Notes under the pieces: generated by a model
What the model saw: the letters and a program-made list of their open reading frames with translations, nothing else
What the model was told of the DNA's origin: nothing
The model's database searches: none
DNA from: Tubulanus polymorphus
Lineage: Eukaryota; Animalia; Nemertea
Direction: 5' to 3'
Length of the DNA: 64,000 nt
NCBI RefSeq assembly: GCF_964204645.1
Contig: NW_027437458.1
Coordinates: forward strand, 1 to 64,000
Position numbers and translations under genes: made by a program
Part shown: in pieces, positions 25,122-38,501 of the stretch
How positions within the stretch are numbered: position 1 is the stretch's first letter
Layout: every line of letters starts with the position of its first letter

Positions 25122-26845
25122 TTTTAGGGTTTTCTGTTACATCATAGAAAACCCTATCGAGATTCGTGTGATTATAAGGGTGTTCTGTTTCTTCACAGAA
25201 AACCCTATTAATATTCGCAATAGGGTTTCTGCAGCCTCGGCAGAAACCCTATTGGATTCCTGCTGATTATTATTTTAACATATTTTCCACTGAGTTTCGT
25301 CACATAAAAATCATCTATTAGATTTGACTACTAACATCTTTGAAACGAAATGTTAAACTTTGATAATAATATAACAGTCTCTTTCTGCGCGTAGTTTCTA
25401 TGGATGTACTCTGCTTCCTATTTTAAACTTGAAATTACTTAAAGATAGCACTGGTGGAAATAGCAAGCATCAATCATGGCGCGCATACTGACGCGAATCT
25501 GAAAGTTTGTGACGTCATTTCATAAATAAATAAAAAGGGAAGGCTCAGAGAATATCCAAATCACAGGTTACTGTGAATAACTGGGGTTCGACCATTCACA
25601 AGTTAAAAATGTACTTCCTTGTTTGTGAAGTAAGTTTATTCATACTGTTATTAAAAGCACTTCCTTTTAAACATTCTATAATAGTATAGTTTTGTTCGTG
25701 GATATCAGCAGTTTATTTATTTATTGTACCGGTACGCGTTTTCTTAATTGAATTTAATTGGTCCGGTCCAAAAGGCGGGTCATACTAGTTAGCGTCAGAA
25801 AATGTCAGCATCAGTGATACCTTGTTATCGTCGATATTAAATTGGTCTAAAGTCAGTTTACACATCACATACATTACAAATTGGAGGTCCCTTGTACATG
25901 TACATCACATCGTGACGCAGCGGCGATGGTAATGTCATAGAAGAACAAAGTCAGTTGAAAATACCAACCCACTGCACCGATAAAGAATGATTGCTAGCCA
26001 GAGACCAGTGACGGTCAGTAATGGGGAGTGATGGTACCGTTCGTGATTATGTTTTTATAACGGTTATTGGACGTCAATTTCATATGTGAATTGTAGTCCC
26101 CATCTGATCGCTTGACTTGTCACTCCTCTACTAATAGTAACACTATAAGGCCTTCCCTCCTGCATAGTTTACCCTATAGGCCAAATTTGTGCTTTGGGCC
26201 AAATTCGGTTTTCTTATCTAGTCGACTTTTTTTCGGAACTAATAACAACCGAATATGCGCTTAAACTGTCACTAGGGAATGGTAAAAACACCGTAGCTTC
26301 GTTCTTCTCGATGTTATTTCCCCCAAAACCTGGCACATTAGTACTTTGCGCGTAGTAGCACATGCGTGTAGTAGCACATGTGGGTCAACATATCCATGTT
26401 GTGAGTTGACCCCTAGGTGGCGCTCTTTCAAAAAAACGGAATTTACGAACTGATTTTGGGTGAAATCTTTGCTCGCATTCCTGAACGACATTCTATCCAG
26501 AAAGGCAGAAACCCGTTATCGCTGCTTGCAGCTATATTTAGGGTTTTCTGACTTTTGTCGAAAACCATTTTGTAATTCTGTTGATTGTTATTATTATTAT
26601 TTACATATTTTCCTCTTTTTTTTCGCACATAAAATTCATCTTCTATCAGATTCGACAACTAACTGCTTCTAATTGAAATGTAGAATTCTGATGGGAATAT
26701 AACACGCATTCGCTCCGCGTAGATTATATCTATGCACTCTCCGTCCTATTTTAAACTTAAAATTACTTACTGAAAGATAACACTGGATGATAGTAGCAAT
26801 CGCGACTGGCCCCGTCCGGTACTCCCACTAACGATAAAAACAGCG

Positions 26846-26920
26846 CCCTGCCCTGTGGCATGGTGGATAAGGTGTTTGACTCCCAACTGAGAGGTCGAGG
26901 GTTCGAATCCTAGTGAAACC
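26846..26920 (+). ncRNA. tRNA-derived SINE-like head
   Basis: A box tggcatggtgg and B box gggttcgaatcc at tRNA spacing; no intact cloverleaf. Confidence 0.6.
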
Positions 26921-29159
26921 ATGCATTATCACAGTACAGCGCCGGCTCGCAACAATTGTTTTATTAATGAAACAACATGGTGGATGGGTGAAATAATTTT
27001 CGGCTTAAATTTATCGCGAGTTTTAGGACTTTAATGAATTTCACGAAACCATGATTTCTAAAATGAGTCAATTGATTAATTCTATTCGTAAATCAATTTA
27101 CGTTGGCTACATTTCCTGAAGATTTCGGGCTCAAATCAACGTGATATGGACAGAAATTGTAGGAATTTTCACACGGAATTTTACTTCCGCGTTCAGTTGA
27201 CGACTCTGATCGATGACAACGACAGCAGAGTTTATGTATTTTAAGGTGAGAATCCGTTAACCAGGGAATGTATTAAACGATTTCTTTCATAATATGAGCA
27301 TGGTAGCAAATGAGTAGGCCTACTCGGTGAAGCAATGATCATTGTTGGCTACTTACTTAATGCCTAGCTTTTTTGGGGGATGCGCCTAGAATAGATTTAG
27401 GCCCTAAATATAATGGGTAGAGCCAGTCAGTGGAATGCCTTAATAGCAGCTAGTTATGGCCTGGTTTACACTGAATGTGCATGACAATTTATTTTGATTA
27501 CTTTCTTTCCAGCTATTATTCGAGGAATGAACTGGTCACTACGGTCTACAATTCCTTTGTGGATTCTTGCAGGAATATTAAACCACAGTGCGCAAATGTA
27601 TGTTTCAAATAAGGCTTTTTCGACATTGACAGCCAAAGACCTAACTTAACACGCTAACTGAAGCGCAACTGTCTCAGATGCTGTAAGTACTTGACGTTTT
27701 GCGTAATTTTTTTTTTTGTAATGCAATATTTGGATTAGTAATCAGTCGCGCTAACGAACATGCAGAATTGGATTCATTGTAATTATTGGATGATAATTCA
27801 TGGGCGTCACGAGTCCTGCGACATACCCTTGATATGAAGCTTTTTTAATGTTAATCATTGACTTGTTTTGGAGTAAACTGAATAGCCCTTAAAATACCAA
27901 TGCCACATGGCTTGGTGTCTATGCTCTACGAGACTGTAGTAATAGATTTTCACAACAAACTCATGATTTCAAATAGTCTCCTAAGATATCTATATATTAT
28001 TTCGCTCCTTACCTAAGTAATTCTTACATTTGATTGCTTAATTACAGATGGAAAGAGGTCAGATGGCATGAAAATCGACTGTGGCTGACTAATTGGCGCG
28101 AGTAACCAAAATGCTTCAATCATCAGGGGTAGACAAATTAGCCGAAGATGAATGAAAACTTCACCTTGATGATCATCAGTTGATTTTGCTGTAATTATTT
28201 GCCTGGATATATCCTTCATTTCAAAATCTGTCTTCAGTAGAATTTCTTTCAATAAAATATTTTGAAGATTCAATTTGAATTGATCTTTAAACCAGAGAAA
28301 GCATTCAGAAATTTACATAATCAAATTCTGTGAAGTCAGTTAAGGTCTTTTTGGTCGAATGCTCAGGTGACTAAAACTCAATTCCTCACTGTCTTATAAT
28401 GCCGAGTACGACGGAGTTTACACACTGAAACACGTTGGGCTGTGTAAGTGTAATTTGGATAAGTCCACAATATAATGACTGCCCTGCCCCGCTGCATCTG
28501 AGACGTCAACAAGTTAGACTATTGCTTCGATGACAAACTGACTCCTACGCAAGATGACCATCCAATTCAAATGTAAATTAAGAAAGAAAACAACAAAACT
28601 AGTTGCGTTGATCAACAAAAATTAATCAAAAGTTTATTACAATACTTCAATTTCAAAATAAGGATAGGAAAAAAGTGAACAATAAGTGTGTTTGCCATGC
28701 GTCTTTAAATATTTCCCAAGAATATATCTTTTTCTGGCCACCACCTGCCTCTACATCAGACTTTTTCGAGATTTTCGCTAAAAATACGAAACAAGACAAA
28801 ATTGATGGATGGGAATCACACATGCTACAATTCACTTTTACTGCGAACATTGGAATGAGCTAAAGTAATTTGCTAGGAGGAAAAATTGAGTCAAATGATG
28901 TTTCAAAATCTGGACGGGAAAAGTTTTACTGAATTGTATGGCTAATGGCAAATACATGTTTATATTGATAAGGTAAATATCTGTATAAAAGGTTGTATAG
29001 CAACTTGAATTGAAGGATTAATGCAATAGGTCTCTTATTCTAAAAGACGAGTGAGCCATACTTACTAGATTGGTCATGTGAATCAACATCAAATTTAGAA
29101 CTATCATCCATTTTTAGTTTTCAATCAAAGACCAACCTATGAAATAAAGTACATATTTT

Positions 29160-29690
29160 TAACAACCTGGAATAAATTAAAATAAATCTGAGGAATTCAC
29201 CAAATTTCTGTATCGAACCCCTAATATATAACCTATAGATTCTTACTTACATACGACAAATTGACGAAGAAACTTCATTTGACAGTATACAAATTTGCGG
29301 ACAAACTCCCAAAATGAAGTATGTCCTATTCACCTAGAATCAAACAAAATACAACTAAAAAATTCACAATACAGATTTCGGTTTCGAATCCTTCAAATAG
29401 CTGTTTACTTACATGAAACGAATTATCAAACTACTTCTGCCGACAGCATACCAACTCGCTGACAAACCCCCAAAATGAAACGTGTCATGATAAACATCTG
29501 GAATTAAACGTAATAAAGCTACAAAATTTACAAAATGTCGGTTTCGAATCCCTCAAATAGCCTTACACTTACAAATGATGGATTATCAAACAACTATGAA
29601 CTCCCACAACGCCACATGTCTTTGATAATCTACAGTGAAAACCTGAAATTAAATGAAATAACTCTTAAATTCCGATTTGAACCCAACGTA
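29160..29690. repeat. Degenerate ~160-bp tandem repeat (about 3.5 units)
   Basis: acct(g/a)gaat..a...aaata-like motif recurs at ~29165, 29332, 29495 and 29641. cggtttcgaatcc recurs at 29379 and 29539. Confidence 0.6.
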
Positions 29691-32600
29691 GGCCCTCTCT
29701 CTACTTGTAGGCCTAAGATCTTGAAATAGGATAAATAATGTTATGATGAAAGAGGCATAATGCTTCGGAAAAAATTGAATTCAATATGGCTCTTGGCCCG
29801 GCAAAGTTTGCTTTTGAAATATCCTTTTGATTAGGCCTAGTTACACATTTTAAAAGCAAATTTCATTTTGCATCAAACTAAAAGCGGCTTTGTTGAGGAA
29901 AAGATTCGTTTGAGTCGTAAAATTTATAGCCTAGAACCAATTTCTTCGTCAAAGCGTGATGCACAATTTTGACTGGGTCTTTTTTCCACGTGGTTTTGGA
30001 CAGAAAATTTGAATAGGCCTAAATAATAGAATAATCTTTCTTAGGTTTCATGATAAAGATGCAGCATTAACTTAGATTAATGCTTATCTTTTACAATTAG
30101 GCTTATGTTTCAAAGGAAAACGCCCACAGTTGGTCGAACAGGGGTTAGGCATTGATGGTAGAGACTAGAGGGGCTGTGTAAGTGCTGAAACAGAGATAAA
30201 AATGCACGGGAACGAGTTTGTCGAGTGGAGCTTATTATTCCATCCGGGATAGTGTGCTATAGTGCTATAGTCATGTTATATATCAAAATGTTCCTTATTA
30301 GTTCCGCTGCATCGCTAAAAATAAATTGAGATAGGTTTCCCTGCATTTTTTTACATATTACATCACTTACAACGATAAACGTCCGTCGCCGACTGAAAAA
30401 TTCACAAAAACTTCCGCATTGAGAGCGCCACCGCACCAATTCAAATTCAATTATATATATGGATCGGAAACACTCCAGCGATGCACTCTATGATCTTTAG
30501 AACCTGTCTTTGCTGACTGGGAATAAGATATTTCTCAGCGCGAAAGGGGCGGGGCGCAGCGTCACCAGGTCCCGCTTAGCGAGGAAGCTAGATTTTCAAA
30601 GAAATGAGTGCACGCGACGGCCGTTAGTGACGTCATCAAGAAGGATGGCTCCGAGAATCGCCACATCACAGGAATAAATGGGATTCGACCATTCAAAAGT
30701 TCAGAATGTACTTTCTTGTTTTGTAAAACAAGTTTATTCATGTCGTTATATAGAGCATTTTGTTTGAAACATTCTTTAATAATGTTTGTTGAGTTTAAAG
30801 CTAATTGTCGTTTTGTAATTCGATACTGGTCACTGACATCAAAGTTTTAGTTTTTGTTCACATGTTTCGACTTATAAATATCCAACTTGTATGTTCTATC
30901 TTTTAATACAGGCCATGTGATTAATTGCGTATCACTCCATTAGTTTAAAAAGAGAGCACATATTTCGATATTGTTAAATAATTAACTACATTTTTTTCCG
31001 TCACACGTTTATTTTTACCCATCACTTATAAAATTCAAATGTACGTGATGTATTCTGTAAGCTATGTAAGCTTGTTCTTAAAAATACACTATGAATTTTC
31101 AATTTGTACTGACTATAATAGTTTATTTTTCGTAAATAAAATTTATATTTTAATTAAATAATTTCAAAATCTTTTCTATGCCCTCTGCAACAGAAAGTTA
31201 CTAAGGACTATAACATATTCAGATGTACGTTGATAATTGATTTCAATCCTCCCTTCAAATAATTATATGAACATTATTTCGGAAAATGCAGGTGGCGCAC
31301 AATCATAATACATACGAGTCGTTCAATACTGACGAGTCGTTTCCGTAACCAATGTTACAGACAGGTAACCAATCTACTCCGCAGACAACTAAACGACCCG
31401 AGTAACCCCCAATTTGACTATAACTATAAATTATGTTATGTTAAACCGCATTGGTGTGACTTGACACGTCAAATGCGTATCCCGTATTGACATATTTCTA
31501 TTATCCACTTTTCAAACTATGAATAGCACACCTGCTCAGAAAACCCGTTATCGCTGCTTTGCAGCTTTATTTATTTTTTTTTTTTTCCACACTTTTTTTG
31601 TCAAAATTACATAGGCTTTTTTACATTACCGCTGTTGCCGATGCAATCCGTCTGATATCATTCAGCCCACTTCGATCTACAAATACTCCATGCGTATTTT
31701 GGAGAATCAACGTTACAAAAGCACTGTCGGGCCGTAAACATCAAAAATTGAGCCCCATTCAAAGAGCCGTCATGTTTTTCTAAGTCATCTTTCTGAAATC
31801 TACCGCACGTTTCTTGTCACGTCGATTACCAATTCAAGCATAAATTAACAAATTTATTACCCAAAGATTGCACATTCAGTAGCAGTTTTTAAAAACTAAT
31901 TTTAACAATAGCCCATTTTCCTCATCAGATCATATTACCGATACACAGGGAATTTACTACTTTAGATTTTAAAAGCACTGTCCAGCCATACACATCGACG
32001 AATCGACGTGTGTCACTACATCGTCGTTCCGGGGATCAGCTGCGAGTTTCTCCTCATCATGAGACTCAAATCGAGTACAAATTAATTTATTACTACCAGT
32101 GATTTGGCTGCGGGCTTCAAGCAGTTAGTTTAACAATACCTATTTTTCTTTACCAAATTAACCGTGTATTTACTAAGATTAATCATTAGAGTACCGGAGA
32201 GTCGTCGGCCTAAAAACGCCGATGAGATATTGCGGAGAAAAGCTGTTGTGTCAACGAGGTATCAAAATAAAAGAATATATTACTTTATTCGGCCGCGGGC
32301 TTCAACCATTTATCAATACTCTATATCTCCTATAGTACATACCAAACTTTGTCAAATGCACTAGGTATTTACTAAATTCATGGACAAGTAAATACAATTT
32401 CATTGTACGCAACCTTTAGGCTTTAGGCCTACCGGTACTGAGCTTTAGTGTCTCAAACAAACACAGTATAATTGTTGCGTTTATTAATGTACTTTTTGGA
32501 TTGAATTTCAAAAACAAAATTTGAAATAAAATTCTGGCAAGATTGCTACGATGTACAAAAGATTTCTTCATAATCCGTAAATGATATCGATTTTACGAAT

Positions 32601-33376
32601 AAAATACCCCAGAGACCTATCTCTGTTCAATAAGGTGTATATGATGCTTAGGAGGGTTGAAATTCAATATTTTGCCTGAGCAGACAGCTTTATAACCCAG
32701 ACTTTTCCTTTGAGTTTTTTCATAATTGATGAAACTGGTATTTCATGTCACTGCGACCGCCAGTGACGATTGCGTCGCAATGACTCATCGACCTATGCTC
32801 CCTTGTGACGGGTCGCGACTGTCAGCGACGCCAGTCACAAGGAGTCGCACATGTTCTACTTTCTGTGACGCGACGCAACAAAACTGTGGCAAGCGACCTA
32901 CGCGCTCTTGCGATGGCAGAAACTAGTCGCACACAGTCACTGAAAATCGTGTCGCAACCGACTTGCGCCCACACTTGCGACGCATATATCGATTTTACGA
33001 ATTGAATACCCCGGAGACCTATCTTTGTTGAATAAGGTGTATGCGATGTTTAGGAGGGTTGAAATTCAATAGGCCTCCGACCAATCCGTCCGGATTTTAG
33101 GCCTACGCATATACATAGGCCTACATAGGCTAGTAGCCTCTACGAGGTAAAAGCTAAGTTCACTGTAAAGGAGGAATCAGTTTAATTAAAATGCATGTTA
33201 ATTAGTGATTAACTGGTTCTGACTTGCAATGATCAATCACAATTATCAATTTTATTGGCAAAAATGAAGATTTTTTTGAAAATTTCGTCTGAGCAGACAG
33301 CTATATAAGCCAGACTTTTCATTTGAGTTTTTTCATCATAAATGAAACTGGTATTTCATTAATTCCTAATGACTTA

Positions 33377-33698
33377 AGCCGGGCGTAGGTCGGCCTTGCT
33401 TGTGACTCACTGCAATGCCATTCACTGCGACCACCAGTGACGATTGTGTCGCAACGACTCATCGACCTACGCTCCCTTACGAGGGGTTGCGACTGTCAGC
33501 AACGCCAGTGACAAGGAGTCGCATATGTTCTACTTTCTGCGGCGCGACACGCCTGTTACAAACGACCTACGCGCTCTAGCGACTGGCAGAAACTAGTCGC
33601 ACACAGGCGCTGACAATCGTATCGCAACCGACTTGCACCGAAACTTGCGATGCAACGCGAGGATCGCATCGCGTTGCAAGGCCGACCTACGTCCGGCT
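33377..33698. mobile_element. PIF/Harbinger-type MITE (truncated copy at ~32748-32985)
   Basis: TTA|agccgggcgtaggtcggccttgc ... gcaaggccgacctacgtccggct|TTA. Confidence 0.75.
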
Positions 33699-33759
33699 TT
33701 AAGTTACTGCGGAGCCCCAGAAATATCTTTTTTTTGCTCATAAGACCTTTCGCTTGAAA

Positions 33760-34250
33760 ATTCTTTCGTCGGAACAAAATTTCGTTCGAACCAATAATAT
33801 TCTGTTCGATTGAACCAATTTGAAAAAATCGTTAGAACAAAGTTGAACAAACTTTTTTGGTCCAAACGAGGTTTTTCGTTCGAAAAATCGTTCGATCATC
33901 GTTTTAATTTGAACTGAATTTTCTTGGCAGAACATTAAGTTTTTCGTTCGAACAAGTATATTGTGAAAAGTTTTTTCTCCGAACCAAAAGTATTAAGTAT
34001 TTCGTTCAATCGAACAGAATTGTTTTCATTCAAACATTCGTTCGAAAAAAATTGTTTTCGCTCAACCAAATTTTTTGCCGGGACAAAAAGTTCTTCATTT
34101 CAACAATGACATAGCTTTTTATTCGAACACATTTTTTGTTAGAATGAAGAAAAGTTTTGGTTCAAAAGAAAAGCGTATTGTTCCATCAAACAGAATAGTT
34201 TTCATTCGAACAAGATTTTCTTGTTGGAACAGTAAGTTTTTTGGTCGAAT
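33760..34250. repeat. Degenerate short-period tandem repeat built on ttcgttcgaac
   Basis: Repeated ttcgttcgaacaaaa-like units. Confidence 0.7.
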
Positions 34251-34853
34251 GGCGTGTTAAGGTGGTTTTGGAAATTTACACATGTAAAAATTCAATGCTA
34301 TTTTGCGGCGGAAGAACTTTATATTGCCAAGATCTGACGCTTTGTTCGGTAGTTATGGGCTTTCAAAGATGAAACCCCCCTAAAATCTTTGTTATGTATT
34401 ATTTGTGTTAGCCCGGTTTTGACATCCATCATGACGTCATAACATGAACAAGGTGGATCAGCTGGTGCGCGTTATTTCACAAACAGAATGGCGGCACGAT
34501 TGAATAGGTTGATATTCATCATTTCTAGCGTGAATACTGATATTTAAGAGGTATGATATAACGATTTATTTTGTGCGATGTGTACGATGATTCATCTAGT
34601 TTTGATATCCCGCGTGTAAGGTAATGTTGCATCAAGATATCTGACGAAAATGTGGTTACAAAATGCGGAAATTTACTTCTGTGTTCGCCACGCGGCTGAT
34701 TAACTGATAGCATCGATGAGTCTGATATTTACATGACTGGAATACATGTTTTATCATCATTAATTGACGTATTTCTATTAACGTTCGCATTAGCAATCTG
34801 TTTTGTGTCACCCTGATATAATTTGCGTATTTCATAATCATATAGATCTACAA

Positions 34854-34906
34854 TGTCATATCGATCAGTTCATAACATTTCATAGCTCTACTACATATTA
34901 ATAATG

Positions 34907-34963
<57 letters not shown>

Positions 34964-35349
34964 GTAATAGTAATAATAATATAATATAACTTATGACTAT
35001 AGTGTCAATATGTGCTTTAAGGTCATAATCAACATGTGACATTACTCAATATGTTTTCACAATAATTAGCTATAGTCAGTCCTCATCGATAATTAATTAA
35101 TGTCTCTCAAACGTGTCACTAGGTGTTTGTTTGTGAGTCCTGATGTCTACAACTTGTCTGACACCTAGTTCTCACATTATACTCATGATTCTGTATATAA
35201 AGACTATGTAAAGCTATGATAATCATTCTCATTCCGGGATGCAATAAAGATTGTACATATAAGGTTTAACTGCCTTGTTGTTCCTGATGGATGGAATCCT
35301 GTACCGCTGGTGTAAATGCTAGTTCCCCAGCCAGCCTGCCGATACAACA
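34854..35349 (+). mobile_element. Possible solo LTR
   Basis: tgtcatatcg...cgatacaaca imperfect inverted ends, tatataaa at ~35194, aataaa at ~35243, flanks acaa/acca. Confidence 0.35.
34899..34989. repeat. (AAT)n microsatellite
   Basis: About 30 aat units. Confidence 0.95.
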
Positions 35350-36744
35350 ACCAGCCGGTTACATTTGGAGCCTGATTATTAGTATTAGTTTGTTAACTGC
35401 GGCACAGTGATGAGCGTTTGCGTTTGTAACAGTAGTGTACAATCGCGTAGACAATATCGCCTTATAGTCCTGCGTTCACTGCGTGTTTGTATCAACTATC
35501 AAGTAACAACAATTTGTCTGAGTGAAAATGTAAGCTACGTAAAACAATCCTATCGTGAAATAATTTAAAATCATGTCAGTCGATAAACTTTGTTTCGTCA
35601 GTAACCGGCACTGGCCTCAAATTTGAAGACCTTCTGTCCTGATTGGTCCGTATGATTATGAAAAACCTCCGATGAAACCCAGGCTTTCGCCAAGTTTGTA
35701 CCGTATCTTATCAGGTCACTCATAGTTTTAGTTGTTTTAATTTACGTCATTCCAATAAGCAAGTTCATATAATCATTCAGTAAACAGAGTTGAGATATAG
35801 AAAATGTGTCCCATCAGTCACATTTTAATAGAATTAGCAACAATTTCTTTTAAAATTGGCATTGTAGACAAAATTGAGGCTAGATTGACTGAAATTCCGG
35901 ATGTTGATAGAACTCCTTGTTCCTGTAGAATATGCCTGGAGTCAATAAGTCATTGTTATATATGAGGCACCACATTTTTACAACCTTATCCTTGATATCA
36001 ATGATGAAATGTATTTAATGGTATTTTTGATCAGCCAATTATGATGCAATTGGCGGCCATCTTGTGTCATCGGTACTCATTCGTAAGTGGGAAAAAGTTT
36101 GGGGGCGTCGAATAGTAGAATAACTTAGTATTTCCTTATCATATTGGTACCTAGGCATATTTTGCTACCATGATCAATTACAAAGTTGCAGCTCATGACA
36201 TGTTCTATGAATGTGCATTATTGGTTCCGGGCTGGACGGTATTTTGCGAAAAAATTGTTGAAAAGGGCACTTGACAAATTTAAGTGGTTGCATGTGCCGC
36301 AGGTGCGACCCCTTGTATCTGCCCCTGCTCTAATCCTACTGTTGTTGAGCAGCTCAACAATAGTAGGATTTTTTTTCTTAAATACTGCCATTTCATTATA
36401 GCCTCAACCAATTAGTAAGGTCTTGCGGTTTGGTAGATGTGATAAGTTGAAAATTGCCTACACATACATCGCACCAGTAATGGAGTCAACTGATGTCCCA
36501 TCTACAAATGAAAGACTGGACCCTGTCAACAATGCAAGTGGACGAATTTTACAGATACCATTTATGATACCAACATCGTCAGGAGTCGCAACGATAAATT
36601 TATTGCAGGATATGACAAAATATCAGAGTCATGATAATAACACGGTATGTATGCTATTTCTGCATTGAAAATGGGCTATGTTTCCCCGTAGAGTGCCCAT
36701 TGAAACATGTTTTTAAAGGAACCCTGATTTAGGACACCATGTAA

Positions 36745-37280
36745 GCGGCGTCTGTAGCTCAGTGTGATAAGGCGTGATGCTGTTGCATCCACTTTTCAGG
36801 GATGAAAATCTTCCGACCATAGACGGATTTCCGACCTTTTCTAACATTTTCTTTATTCCTGAGAACAGAGTGAATCACCTCAATCGCAGGGGTCACATAG
36901 GAGCGCTCCGTAGTTAGGAGTGCTCCTTAAGCATTGGCATTTGTTAGCACAACTGTGGAGTCGGAGAAACCAATATGGCGTCTCTTTCAAAAAGCGGCTC
37001 TAATTCAGGCCCAAACTATTAACATTTTGACCAAAAAGAAGTAAGTTTTTTGGCTAAAAGTTACTGATTTTTGTTCCCAAAAAAAATTATTATTTTTTAA
37101 AAATATTTGCCGACTTTTTCAAAATTTCATTCCTGACTTTTAGTGCTACGTTACAAGTGGGTTTGAGTCCTGCTGGCTGCTTGAAATGTGCGGTCAACAC
37201 TTCAAAGCCCGTCCTGTCTTGAGGTTAAATGAACAACCCAATAGGGTTAGTCTCAGGAAACCAAGATCCAAACGACGTAA
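36745..37280 (+). mobile_element. tRNA-derived SINE split by a MITE
   Basis: A box gtagctcagtgtg (36755) and B-box-like gggtttgagtcc (37159) are separated by the insertion 36797-37135. Confidence 0.45.
36797..37135. mobile_element. Small CAG-ended MITE
   Basis: cagggatgaaaat / atttcattcctg ends; actttt repeated on both sides. Confidence 0.5.
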
Positions 37281-38501
37281 AGTTGTAGCTCATGACATCT
37301 TCTATGATTGTGGTGAGTTTTAAGGACATAAGTTATTCTATAGGGGAGGGTGACCTGATTTCGGCACAGTAAATTTTTACGGCAATTTTCTATCTGAATT
37401 ATATGCAATTCATGATAGATAATCACTTACTGGATGTCCATATCATTCAGAGACCATAACATCAGTTTAATGCCTAAATATTGTTACTCCCGGTCAAGCT
37501 TTTAAAAAGTTATGAGGATTCGACAAAATCGGGCGATCTTTTTAAATTTTTGACCTGAATTCGGCACTGTATTCCCTAAATTCGGCACCGCGTACCTGAC
37601 TTCGGCAGTGTGTTTAAAATTGATCTTCATACAGATTACAGGGCCTGTATCGGCTTTTCTTGGAAAAAGTAAGGCTCCGTAATCTGTATTATGTTTATGT
37701 GCATATTAATGAGGTGCCTTAAATTGAATTGAAAACTTATACATAATCAGATGAAACGGTGATGTTTCAGCGTATAATTTTCAATGTAAATTGGCACTTA
37801 GCCAGCCAGTCAGCTGTTCCGTACTGGTTTTCACTGTGTTAAAATTCTAACTTTGAAAGCTTCATCACAGTGTTGAATTGGTAATGTTCAGCATTTTGAA
37901 AGTAATGTGGGCCTGTAAGGCGAAGTTTCTTAGGGGAGGAATGGACTTCTGGAACGAAGACAACGCAGCAAGAGAACTGAAACTTAAGCTTGTATTGTAC
38001 AGCCTGTTAATTCATGGTAAGTAGTAGATGCTTTTGATCGACACTTGTACAACAAAATCAGAGAGTTTCCATCCAATCATGTCTATTGCGTCATTGAAAT
38101 TTGCTAAAAGTGAACAAATTTTATTCGTTCAATTCGTAACAATGATATATTTAATAACAATTTTTCAAATAAATTTTCTCAGCAGGCCTATTTCATTCAT
38201 AGAAACGAAAATTCAATTTTTTATTTAATAACAGAAAAAAATAACAAATCATAATAAAACTAATATTACTATACTAGGCCTAAATCATATCAGGTCATTG
38301 CACAGAAAATGTCATTGGTGTTTTCGTACTCTCTACATTCATATGAAAGCTGGCATCGTTGATTGATGACGCGGGGCGGAGACAGCACCATAATGAACCC
38401 TGATACCGGGTGATCTTCAACGTCTTCGGTCCATACAAATAAATTTCTTCGCTGGAGCTGTTCCAAAAACTTGATCTGCAGCGAAGAGCTCTCCGGCAAC
38501 A

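Larger units (their letters stand above)
25122..33150 (+). mobile_element. Chain of HINE family C units
   Basis: Three stacked heads at 25122-25275. 3' modules at 26506-26538 and 31537-31572, each followed by a new unit. 31575-32500 aligns with 61510-62520. Confidence 0.6.

Noticed and set aside
26846-26920. Functional tRNA gene (also 15350-15422)
   Set aside because: Acceptor and anticodon stems do not pair properly; kept only as tRNA-derived.
34848-35042. Poly-Leu ORF
   Set aside because: Translation of the (AAT)n microsatellite.
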